43,746 nt of DNA from sequence record PQ850621.1; one strand, 5' to 3'. This document shows positions 8,760-17,353 of this stretch, piece by piece. Numbering within the stretch: position 1 is the first letter of the stretch; every line of letters begins with the position of its first letter. Below the pieces are notes generated by a model. It saw only the letters and a program-made list of their open reading frames with translations. It did no database searches and was not told the DNA's origin. This stretch comes from Escherichia phage NicoleGrasset_Bas72. Position numbers and translations under genes: made by a program.

Positions 8760-9272
8760 ATGCCGCTAATCGTGGAAACTGGGGTGATCGTCCCAAATGC
8801 CGACAGTTACATTAGTCTGGCTGACGCCCGCGCGTTAGCGGCTAATTATGGCCTTGAGCTGCCGGAAGACGATACCGCAGCAGAGGTGGCCTTACGCAAC
8901 GGTGCTACTTATGTAGGGCTTGCAGAACCGCAGATGTGCGGTCGTCGAGTATCCGCCGAACAGTCTCTTGCATACCCCCGCACCGGCGTTACGTTAAACG
9001 GGTTCCCGGTGGTCAACAACGCCATTCCGAAACAGGTGATTCTTGCGCAGGTAATCGCTGCCGCTACATATGGCGAGGGCACCGAAGTCCGGGCTAACTC
9101 AGACGGTCGCGCCGTGCAGACTGAGCGTGTCGAGGGTGCAGTAACAGTGACCTACTTCAACAATGGCAACAGTGGCGCTACGACCGCGATTACCGCTGCT
9201 GACGACGCTTTACGCCCGTTATTGTGTGGCGGTCTTAACAATGGTTTCTCGTTTAACGTGTACCGGGGTTAA
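8760..9272 (+). CDS. head-tail connector / head completion protein (putative)
   Basis: 170 aa ORF in head-to-tail junction position; tightly packed with neighbours. Confidence 0.5.
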   Translation: MPLIVETGVIVPNADSYISLADARALAANYGLELPEDDTAAEVALRNGATYVGLAEPQMCGRRVSAEQSLAYPRTGVTLNGFPVVNNAIPKQVILAQVIAAATYGEGTEVRANSDGRAVQTERVEGAVTVTYFNNGNSGATTAITAADDALRPLLCGGLNNGFSFNVYRG

Positions 9273-9274
9273 AA

Positions 9275-9889
9275 ATGGCGAAGACTAAATCAGAGATATT
9301 CACGCTAATCGGTTCCGAGCTACCGGACAACACGACCGGACTTATTACGCCTGCGAAGTTGCGCGGGGTATTAACCCAGATGGCTGACTCACCTATTTAC
9401 GCCACTCCGGGTGTTAAAGAGGTTGAAGTTCTCCGCGCTGCGTCGACAGTAGCGCAAGCGCCTACCGCAGTAGATACGGCGTTGCAGGTATCGTTCGGCT
9501 CTGCTCAGGGTAGTGCATCTGACCCGGTAATGATTAATGCTGCGGGGCTGGTTACATTCAACACCGCGGGTAACTATGCCGTTCGCATCAAGTTACAGGC
9601 CGGTCGCTCCGGCGCTAGCGGAACGTCTATCCTGTTGTCGCGTATCCTCATTAACGGCGCTCAGTACGGCTCACCAGCAGCTACGAAACTTGTTAGCTCG
9701 GAAACCACCATCCCTATTGAATCCCGTGTAGTGATTAACCCAACCGCCGGGCAAACATTCGCCGTTCAGATTATGCGAGATAGCGCCGGGACTAACTTCG
9801 GAGGCGTATACCCGCAGGTGGCTACTGTAACTGCATGGGGCACGGCACCGTCCGCGCTACTGGTTATTTCGAGACTGGAGGCTGCCTGA
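9275..9889 (+). CDS. structural protein (head-tail joining region)
   Basis: 204 aa ORF, 2-nt gap from upstream gene, co-oriented structural operon. Confidence 0.5.
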   Translation: MAKTKSEIFTLIGSELPDNTTGLITPAKLRGVLTQMADSPIYATPGVKEVEVLRAASTVAQAPTAVDTALQVSFGSAQGSASDPVMINAAGLVTFNTAGNYAVRIKLQAGRSGASGTSILLSRILINGAQYGSPAATKLVSSETTIPIESRVVINPTAGQTFAVQIMRDSAGTNFGGVYPQVATVTAWGTAPSALLVISRLEAA

Positions 9890-10248
9890 TGAGCACTGCT
9901 TTCAGTAAACGTATGCAAGGCGTGGGTACACGCCTGCTAACCAAATTCGGTAGCACGGTATCTCTGATTCGCGCTGGCTCGAAAGTGTGGGATGAAGTTC
10001 TCGGTGAGTACGTCTGGTCTGCGGACGAAGTGTTGCCGTTGAAGGCCGTTCCGGTTCCTGTTAATGCGGGTCTGGTGAACGGTACGACGATTCAGGCTGG
10101 TGACATGATTGTTAAAGCCGATTACAGCGTCGTTCCTAAGATGGAAGACAAAGTGCAATTCGGCGGCGAGCAATGGTCCGTCGTAGCCATTGAGAAGAAG
10201 GTGGTTAACGATGATGTTGTGGCCTACTTTATTCAGGTGAGAAAATGA
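9889..10248 (+). CDS. structural protein (head-tail joining region)
   Basis: ATGA start/stop overlap, GGAGG SD. Confidence 0.5.
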   Translation: MSTAFSKRMQGVGTRLLTKFGSTVSLIRAGSKVWDEVLGEYVWSADEVLPLKAVPVPVNAGLVNGTTIQAGDMIVKADYSVVPKMEDKVQFGGEQWSVVAIEKKVVNDDVVAYFIQVRK

Positions 10249-10745
10249 GTTTCGCGCTGGACGTCTCTAAGTTCGTGGAAAAGGCGAAGAAGAACCCAGA
10301 GAAGGTGATGCGTCAGGTGTCTATCAAGCTGTTTTCCGCTATTATAAAGGCGAGTCCGGTAGATACAGGCCGATTCCGAATGAACTGGATGGCCTCTGGC
10401 AGTACCCCCGCTTCCGGTACAAGCCGCGGTACTGACCCTAGCGGGGCGAACGCAATAAGTGCCATGGTTTCTACCGTGTCTGGTTTACCCGACTGGAGCG
10501 AGTTCACCCTGACAAATAATCTGCCGTATGCGGAAGTTATAGAGTTCGGGGGTTACGCTACCGGCTTCCATGGCCCTAAGCGTCCTTCTAACTTAGGCTC
10601 TAAATTTGTTGGCCCATTGAGGCCGAAAGCGCCCAGCAGAACAACCACAGACGGATATTCCCTTCAGGCTCCGCAAGGTGTTGTCCGGGTTAACGTTCAG
10701 CGATTCAATAAACTGCTCGAAGAAGAAGCGAGGAAGTATAAATAA
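10245..10745 (+). CDS. structural protein (tail completion region)
   Basis: 4-nt overlap with upstream gene; 166 aa. Confidence 0.5.
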   Translation: MSFALDVSKFVEKAKKNPEKVMRQVSIKLFSAIIKASPVDTGRFRMNWMASGSTPASGTSRGTDPSGANAISAMVSTVSGLPDWSEFTLTNNLPYAEVIEFGGYATGFHGPKRPSNLGSKFVGPLRPKAPSRTTTDGYSLQAPQGVVRVNVQRFNKLLEEEARKYK

Positions 10746-11158
10746 TGGGCTACTTTGAGGACTTAACAAAAGCGTTCGATGTTCCGCTGGTAGCCTTCGG
10801 AACCGCCAACGGCATCAAGGTTGCGCTTGAAAACATCGACGCGCCGACGTCAACCGATACGCCGTATCTGGCGAGTTACATGCTACTGGCAGATACCGAG
10901 CAGGCGGATTTGTTCTTCACTGAGCAACGCTCTGGTATTTATCAGGTAGACATTAACTACGCATCGGTGAAAGGTAGCGCGCCAATCAATAAAATGGCAG
11001 ACTTACTTAACACGGCGTTTAAAGCAGGTAAGTCATTTTCGCGTAACGACATCTGCGCCGAGGTTCAATCGGTTAGCCTGGGGCCGCTGATTGTAGAAAA
11101 CGGATGGGCCAAACGACCATTGTCAATTAACTTTATTGCATTCACCAAGAGGCTGTGA
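10745..11158 (+). CDS. structural protein (tail region)
   Basis: 1-nt overlap with upstream stop; 137 aa. Confidence 0.5.
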   Translation: MGYFEDLTKAFDVPLVAFGTANGIKVALENIDAPTSTDTPYLASYMLLADTEQADLFFTEQRSGIYQVDINYASVKGSAPINKMADLLNTAFKAGKSFSRNDICAEVQSVSLGPLIVENGWAKRPLSINFIAFTKRL

Positions 11159-12327
11159 ATATGGCTACAACTCCTTTTAAGGGCGCGAATACCGCGCAAT
11201 TCTATGTGGCGGAAACTACCCCTGGCGTAACACCGACTAACCCGGTATGGTCGCCGTTGCGTAACACGGGCGGCGTTCCCGCTGTAACCCGCGATGCACT
11301 GACTTCCAACGAACTGGACGGCAGCCGTGAAACTACATCCATCCGAACCGGTAACAAGCAGGTTAGCGGGGAGTATGCCATCGAACTTAGCTCTCGTAGC
11401 CAGGATGATTTCCTTGCGGGAGCGATGACTTCTACGTGGCAAGCTGGGGTAGAGATTACTGGCGCCGAAATTACGGTCGCCCCAGCAGGTAAAACATTCA
11501 CCCGCGCTGCCGGTAGCTTCATTACTGACGGTGTAGAAGTTGGCGACCTTATTGCGTTCACCGACTTAACCGGCGACAACGCAAAACCGTTTATCGTGAC
11601 CGCGGTTTCCGCTCTGGTAGTTACGGGCGCAGGTATTCAGCACACGCTGACAGCAGAGACAGTAACCACTGACGCAAAAACTGGCGACAAGCTGGAAACC
11701 GGTAACGCGTGTAAGACGTTCTCCATCCTGACGTGGTTCAAGGGCCAGTGTGGTAACCCGGACGCGTACATGCTGACCAAAGGTGTGGAAATCTCTGGCT
11801 TTACCGTAGAGCAGGCGGTTAACGCCATGGTCACCGGCAGCTTCCCGTTCATCGGCCTGAGTCAGGAGATTCTTACCGCGCCGCCGTCTGGCTCTGATTT
11901 CTCTCAGGTTACGTTCACCGATGAGCCGTTCTCGTCGGTAGATGTGTCGGTGTTCGATGGCTCCACGCCGTTGCGTTGCGATACTCTCACCATCACCAAC
12001 GACAACGGAGCTTCCGCGCAGTTCGAACTCGGTAACAGTAGCGTGGCGTTCGTCGAACGTGGACGCGCAGCTAACACATTCTCTATCTCTGGCAAGCTGT
12101 ACGACATGGCGATGATTCAGAAGTTTATCAACGAGCAGCAGGTAGAGATTAACTCTATTCTGGCAGGGGTAAACGGGGCTATGTCTTTCAGTTTGAAACG
12201 CGCAGAGCTTACGGCGGTTACACCTGAGATTGGTGGGCCTGAGTCAATCACTCAGTCCATTGAAGGCCAGGCTACCGGCAATCAGTACCAGTCGTCTATC
12301 GTAATTCAACGTATCACCTACGCATAA
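11155..12327 (+). CDS. putative major tail protein
   Basis: 390 aa ORF upstream of chaperone/tape-measure genes; followed by strong terminator at 12329-12356. Confidence 0.45.
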   Translation: MNMATTPFKGANTAQFYVAETTPGVTPTNPVWSPLRNTGGVPAVTRDALTSNELDGSRETTSIRTGNKQVSGEYAIELSSRSQDDFLAGAMTSTWQAGVEITGAEITVAPAGKTFTRAAGSFITDGVEVGDLIAFTDLTGDNAKPFIVTAVSALVVTGAGIQHTLTAETVTTDAKTGDKLETGNACKTFSILTWFKGQCGNPDAYMLTKGVEISGFTVEQAVNAMVTGSFPFIGLSQEILTAPPSGSDFSQVTFTDEPFSSVDVSVFDGSTPLRCDTLTITNDNGASAQFELGNSSVAFVERGRAANTFSISGKLYDMAMIQKFINEQQVEINSILAGVNGAMSFSLKRAELTAVTPEIGGPESITQSIEGQATGNQYQSSIVIQRITYA

Positions 12328-12328
12328 A

Positions 12329-12356
12329 ACTAAGGCCCCTTTCGGGGCCTTTTTCT
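12329..12356. terminator. bidirectional rho-independent terminator
   Basis: AGGCCCC tttc GGGGCCT then TTTTT; convergent genes on both sides. Confidence 0.75.
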
Positions 12357-12586
12357 CACTCATCAATATTACTTCGATACTCCCGTAACTTCTCCAGACT
12401 TTCAATTGCTTCTGCTAAGTCGGTTCCGGTGTCCTTATGCCCGCGAAGACCCATGCACAATAACTTCTTCAATGCGTGCTGTAGTGCGGGGTCACGGATG
12501 TCGAAGGCACGGAGAACATCGTAAACGTCTACGGTCATAGTGCTGCCGTGAGTGTTTGTCATTGTTCGGTTGTATTTTGAAGTCAT
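12356..12586 (-). CDS. hypothetical protein (76 aa)
   Basis: Last gene of minus-strand cassette; start overlaps stop of 12583-13713. Confidence 0.45.
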   Translation of the reverse strand: MTSKYNRTMTNTHGSTMTVDVYDVLRAFDIRDPALQHALKKLLCMGLRGHKDTGTDLAEAIESLEKLREYRSNIDE

Positions 12587-13713
12587 CCCAGCATCTCCGG
12601 TGAAATAGTTAAACGTGCGACCTCGCCATATTCGGCGCTATAAGTAATTACATTTGCACTACGGCCTGACATCCACCCGCCGCGGGAGGCATAGGCGTCT
12701 TTAGCCGCTAAGGTGCGGTGTTGCTCAACAATCATGTTACGGCTTTCTACAATCTTCTGGTGGTGCAGGTGGCCTACGTGGGCGTAGCTATAGACACTCT
12801 CACCGAACGCTTTGCGGAATTTGGCAATCATAACCGGTTCGATAGCATCGAATCGCGCCTTATGCCCGTGGTGAAAGAACAACGTCGTTTTTCCGTGTTG
12901 CACCATCTTGTAAACATCCGGCGACGTATCGACAATCACTCGGCTGTCGTTCGAATATAAAACTGTGAACATTTCAGCCAGCCATACAGAGCCTACAGGG
13001 TCATGGTTCCCCTGTACGATAAGCAAGCGAACATTTTTATGTTTAACCAGTGCCATATCTACAACACGGCGTACCATACGAATCATGTAGCGGACGAGTT
13101 TCTGGTAGCGAGTGTCTGCGTCCAACACGTGACGCGACTCAGGTGTAACGGCATCCAGACTATCGAAGTGCGCGAAATCACCCAGCAGGTTAATAACTCC
13201 TGTTCCTGCATCCGGTGCTTTCTGAAACGCCGCGTCGAACCAACGAGAGAACAGGTCTTCCGCAATCTTTATATCCCAGTCGTCGCCGCTCTCGTCGGCC
13301 CAGGCAAGCATACCGAGATGGAAATCAGATACCGTGTAAAGATTGAGTAGCTTGTCGTCGCGTTTGGCTCGAGTCGCTTTAGCCGGCGCAACTGGCGTAA
13401 TCTCTGACTTCATGCCTTCAATCACGGCTTTCATCAACTCGACCTGACGTTCAGCGTCGGTGTCTGTCTTAACCCATTGCAACTTAGTATTGCCGAACTC
13501 GTCTACCAGAGACGACGTCCCTTTAATCTTGTAGCCGTCTGGGACAAGGTGGCTAACGTCACGCCCGTGGCCTACACCTTTCTTAGCCAGCTTCGCTTTA
13601 CGGATACGAATAACTCGGTCTGAGATGCCGTATTTACGGGCGATGTCTACATTCTTCATCCCGGCGTTCAATTCTTCCTGTAACTGTTCGTCGGTTATTT
13701 TCTTCTGGGCCAT
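12583..13713 (-). CDS. HTH domain fused to calcineurin-like metallophosphoesterase
   Basis: Metallophosphoesterase motifs visible in order: SDFHLG (D-x-H), GDFAHFD (GD), GNHD, HHGH, GHLHH; N-terminal HTH-like segment VDIARKYGISDRVIRIRKAKL. Confidence 0.7.
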   Translation of the reverse strand: MAQKKITDEQLQEELNAGMKNVDIARKYGISDRVIRIRKAKLAKKGVGHGRDVSHLVPDGYKIKGTSSLVDEFGNTKLQWVKTDTDAERQVELMKAVIEGMKSEITPVAPAKATRAKRDDKLLNLYTVSDFHLGMLAWADESGDDWDIKIAEDLFSRWFDAAFQKAPDAGTGVINLLGDFAHFDSLDAVTPESRHVLDADTRYQKLVRYMIRMVRRVVDMALVKHKNVRLLIVQGNHDPVGSVWLAEMFTVLYSNDSRVIVDTSPDVYKMVQHGKTTLFFHHGHKARFDAIEPVMIAKFRKAFGESVYSYAHVGHLHHQKIVESRNMIVEQHRTLAAKDAYASRGGWMSGRSANVITYSAEYGEVARLTISPEMLG

Positions 13714-13778
13714 GCTTACTTCCTCGTGTTTAGGATTTGTCCTATTTAACCACAGTGGATTCCTTTAAATAAAGGCAA

Positions 13779-14105
13779 CTATTTACTTTCTGCGCCTATC
13801 GCCCACCCTGTCATTACCATTTGCAGACGGGTGGCTGTCAGTAGGCTATAGAAAGCATCTCCGTTTTTCTCTACCGAACGTATCACTGTGTAGGTTACGG
13901 CCTGCGGGGGTAGGCCCGATTTACCAACCTCCACGGCGGCCTCACACTCGCGAACTGTAGAGTCCTTGAACGCCTTTACAATAGTAGGGTCGGCTTTATC
14001 AAGCACACCAGAAGTCATAAGAACAGATTCACTAAATACCTGTTCGCACGGGGCTCCAAAAGTAGCAAAAGACATAAACCCCAGAGCTAATACTAATTTA
14101 CGCAT
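13779..14105 (-). CDS. small secreted protein (signal peptide)
   Basis: N-terminus MRKLVLALGFMSFATFGA is a signal-peptide-like n/h/c region; first gene downstream of promoter 14134-14162. Confidence 0.55.
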   Translation of the reverse strand: MRKLVLALGFMSFATFGAPCEQVFSESVLMTSGVLDKADPTIVKAFKDSTVRECEAAVEVGKSGLPPQAVTYTVIRSVEKNGDAFYSLLTATRLQMVMTGWAIGAESK

Positions 14106-14133
14106 AATTATACCCTCAGTAAGTTACTGGTGA

Positions 14134-14162
14134 ATAGTACCCTATTATATTGGGGCGCGCAA
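14134..14162 (-). promoter_or_regulatory. promoter, TTGCGC-N17-TACTAT family
   Basis: On minus strand: TTGCGC, spacer gccccaatataataggg, TACTAT; drives cassette 13779-14105 onward. Confidence 0.55.
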
Positions 14163-14269
14163 GTAGTGTGTTAGAATAAGTTTGCGCCTAGTGTCGCACA
14201 CGAAAAGCGGGTGGTTCCCGCCTGGCGCATTAACCATAACCAGTAACCTCTTAACCAAAGGACTAAAGA

Positions 14270-14686
14270 ATGAAACTTTCTGATTTCTATTTTGCCGACC
14301 GCCACGCCGCCGGTACTAAAATGCCTATCCTTCTGCCCAGTGGTAAAGATTCCGGTGAATGGTTGCAGGTCATCGGCCCCGATTGTGACGCTGGTGTTCG
14401 TGCGGGCCGTGCCTACACAACGGCAATTCGACGCCTTACGGAAGAACTTGCGCCATTAGATAAAGAGTGCGAGGCGCTGAATAACTGGGCGCGCTATAAT
14501 GATGAGAAGGGCTGGCGGGTGATGGACCTGAACAAGCAGCTTGCCGTGGAAATCGTCACCGGTTGGTCATTCGACGAACCATTCAGCAAAGAGGCGCTTG
14601 CTAACCTGTTCGACCAGTACAGTGGGTTGGCAGAGGCCGTAGTTAAGCATCACACCGATAGCCGTGAGAAACTCTCGGAAAAGTAA
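14270..14686 (+). CDS. tail assembly chaperone (G-like)
   Basis: 138 aa ORF immediately upstream of tape measure gene; downstream -1 frame ORF overlaps by 16 nt. Confidence 0.55.
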   Translation: MKLSDFYFADRHAAGTKMPILLPSGKDSGEWLQVIGPDCDAGVRAGRAYTTAIRRLTEELAPLDKECEALNNWARYNDEKGWRVMDLNKQLAVEIVTGWSFDEPFSKEALANLFDQYSGLAEAVVKHHTDSREKLSEK

Positions 14687-15048
14687 AAGCGCTGTATGAA
14701 TTTGCGCAATGGTGCTTTGTCGACCGCCACAAACGTAAGCAATTCGACGACATCGCGGCGGGCCACCAGGCGGCTTTGATTGCAATGGGCGTGATTAAAG
14801 AACCGCAGATGAAAGAAGCGACGGGGCCGGAATGCCCCGTTTCTCTTATCGACGTGTTCGAGAAATACCGTGCCATTAAATTCCTACAGCGCGAAACAGA
14901 TGATACTATCGTTATAATCCCGCGCGATGCGCTCAAATGGCAAGATTTGGTAGCGTTTCGTGATGTCGCCGGTTACGGCATAAGTTTGTTCGAAGCCGAG
15001 GTTATCATGGGCTTAGACGGAATATTTGAGGGCAGAGAAGATGGCTGA
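14668..15048 (+). CDS. -1 frame extension of tail chaperone (GT-like frameshift product), putative
   Basis: Frame -1 relative to 14270-14686 opens at 14668 with no in-frame ATG before 14785; ends overlapping the tape measure ATG; GAAAAG run at 14678-14683 lies in the overlap. Confidence 0.4.
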   Translation, partial: ETLGKVKALYEFAQWCFVDRHKRKQFDDIAAGHQAALIAMGVIKEPQMKEATGPECPVSLIDVFEKYRAIKFLQRETDDTIVIIPRDALKWQDLVAFRDVAGYGISLFEAEVIMGLDGIFEGREDG

Positions 15049-17353
15049 TACGGCTTCCCTAATTGCCAGAGTAAAAACAGAAGGCGCTGATGTAGCCGCT
15101 AAACAGCTTGACGCTATGGCGGCATCCGCAGACCGTGCGGACACATCCGTAAACAAACTAACGCCGGATGTTAATAAAGTAAACTCCGCTACGTCTAAAG
15201 CGGCTTCTGACGGTTTCGCTAAATTCCGTAACGCCGCCGGGCAGGTAGGCTTCCAGGTGCAGGACATGGTCGTCCAGTTGCAGTCCGGCACGTCTGCATT
15301 CGTAGCAATCGGGCAACAAGGCTCTCAGCTTGCGGGTGCTTTCGGCCCTGGTGGCGCGGTGCTTGGGGCCGTAATTGCTCTTGCGTCAGCAATCGGTGGT
15401 GTCCTGTATAAATCGTTAACCGAAGCAGAAGGCAGTTCAAAAGACCTCGAAGCCGCACAGAAACAGCTAAAAGATACTTTCCAGCAAACGGCGTCCGGCT
15501 CTCTCGAACTGACAGACGGCCTTATCCAGCTTACCCAAATCAGCAGAGAAGCGGCGGAGACTCAGCTTGCGCTGGCTAAGGCTAACGCGGACCTTATCGC
15601 ACAGCAAACAGCTAAAGCTGTTCGTGAGGACGCAGAATCATGGGAGACATGGAAGGCATCCACAGCATCAGCTATCAGCCAGTACGATGCATTGGCCTCT
15701 AAAGGTGCGGATGTAGGCGACACGTTAGAAAAACTCGGTGGCACTTACGAGGGTAACATCGTAGGCGTCAACATGCTGGCGCAGAATATCGCAGAGCTTA
15801 GCAGTAAGTTTGGGGTTAACCGTGACCAGGCGCTGGAGATGATAGCGGCGCAGAGTGCGTTTAACAAAGAGCCAACCGCCGAGAATGCCCGTCGCATCGC
15901 CGATGTGTTTACCGACTGGCTCGGTAATACAAAACAGTTGAACCCGGAACTTATCCGCCTGACCGACAATGCCAACAAGAACGCCACGGCACTGGAGAAC
16001 GCGGAGAAGTCCGCAAACGCGGCGGCGGAGGCCCAAAAGAATCTTGGTCGTAACGTCAACTCAACAACGCAGAGATTCCAGGAACAGAACGAAGCTATCG
16101 TCAAAAACCAGCAAATCGCTATCTTAAGTGACCGCGAGCGTATCCGTGCGCAAGCTGAACTGGATAAGCAGGCGTTCGCTAAACGTGAAGCTGTCACCAA
16201 AGAACAGATCGCCGCGTATAATGCTGCGCGTGACACGGAAGCACAACAAGACATCGCTCGCATCGACGCTACCGAAAAAGCGAAGGCCGACCGCGAGGCC
16301 AAATCGAACGAGAAACGGCTGGCGGCACAAGCCAAACGCGAAGAAACGGCGGCTGAACGACAGAAAAAAGCGGCGGAAGATTTCCTGGCTACTGTCGACC
16401 GCACAACCGGAGATGAGATTTCGCGCATTACCGCTGCGGAAGAACAGAAACTGGCGAAACTGGAGGAGTTCAACCGCGCCGGAACGATAAGCCAGCAGCA
16501 GTATGAAAACGCCAAAACTCAAATTATGCTCACAGCCGAGCAGGCCAGACAGGAAGAACTGGATAAGAAAAGAAAAGAGCAGCAGGAAAAGCAGCAGAAA
16601 GGCGAGGACTTCATGGCACAGATTATGGGTCAGAACGCTACTGAGCTTGAGCTTCTCGACATCCAGGAACAGCAGAAACTGGAGGTAGCGGATAAGTACC
16701 GTGAGCAGGGGCTTATTAGTGAGAAGCAGTACCAGGCGGCGCTTAACGCCATCAATGAGCAGTATGCTACGAAGCGTGCCGACGCAACGGCAACCGCCTT
16801 CGGTAACATGGCTTCAAACATCGGTTCGGCTTTGGGCGAGGCTTCTGGCGCGTATAAGGCATTCGCTATCGTACAGGCCACTATCGCCACGTACACCGCG
16901 GCTATCGAGGCGTACAAGTCCACAGCGGCTATCCCTGTAGTTGGTCCGTTCCTGGCTCCTGTAGCTGCCGCCGCTGCCGTTGGGGCGGGTATGGCGCAGA
17001 TTTCCGCTATCAGGTCCGCACGTGAACAGGGCGGACAGTTATCAGCCGGGCAGGCTTCCACCATCGCTGAACGTGGTAAACCAGAAGTTATCATGCCCGC
17101 TGGTGCGTCACGTGTACGCACCGCACAGCAGATGAAAGAAATTATGGGGCAAAACGGGTCTTCTTCCGGCCCATCTAATGTTACCATTGTAAATAATACA
17201 TCGAGTCAGATTGGCAACGTATCCACCGAGCAGGATGATGAAGGCCGTCTGCGTATCATCATAGAAGAGCAAGTTGCTGCATCTTTGCAGAACAGCAACA
17301 GTAAGATTAGCAAGGCCCGCAAGGCCACAAGAAACGCGCCGGGGTTTAAATAA
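15041..17353 (+). CDS. tail tape measure protein
   Basis: About 770 aa, highly A/E/K/Q-rich helical protein with low-complexity repeats; position after chaperone pair. Confidence 0.75.
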   Translation: MADTASLIARVKTEGADVAAKQLDAMAASADRADTSVNKLTPDVNKVNSATSKAASDGFAKFRNAAGQVGFQVQDMVVQLQSGTSAFVAIGQQGSQLAGAFGPGGAVLGAVIALASAIGGVLYKSLTEAEGSSKDLEAAQKQLKDTFQQTASGSLELTDGLIQLTQISREAAETQLALAKANADLIAQQTAKAVREDAESWETWKASTASAISQYDALASKGADVGDTLEKLGGTYEGNIVGVNMLAQNIAELSSKFGVNRDQALEMIAAQSAFNKEPTAENARRIADVFTDWLGNTKQLNPELIRLTDNANKNATALENAEKSANAAAEAQKNLGRNVNSTTQRFQEQNEAIVKNQQIAILSDRERIRAQAELDKQAFAKREAVTKEQIAAYNAARDTEAQQDIARIDATEKAKADREAKSNEKRLAAQAKREETAAERQKKAAEDFLATVDRTTGDEISRITAAEEQKLAKLEEFNRAGTISQQQYENAKTQIMLTAEQARQEELDKKRKEQQEKQQKGEDFMAQIMGQNATELELLDIQEQQKLEVADKYREQGLISEKQYQAALNAINEQYATKRADATATAFGNMASNIGSALGEASGAYKAFAIVQATIATYTAAIEAYKSTAAIPVVGPFLAPVAAAAAVGAGMAQISAIRSAREQGGQLSAGQASTIAERGKPEVIMPAGASRVRTAQQMKEIMGQNGSSSGPSNVTIVNNTSSQIGNVSTEQDDEGRLRIIIEEQVAASLQNSNSKISKARKATRNAPGFK

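Noticed and set aside
15745-17187. Several long minus-strand ORFs (15745-16515, 16124-16522, 16630-17187)
   Set aside because: All lie antisense within the tape measure gene, whose repetitive composition generates long spurious reverse-frame ORFs.
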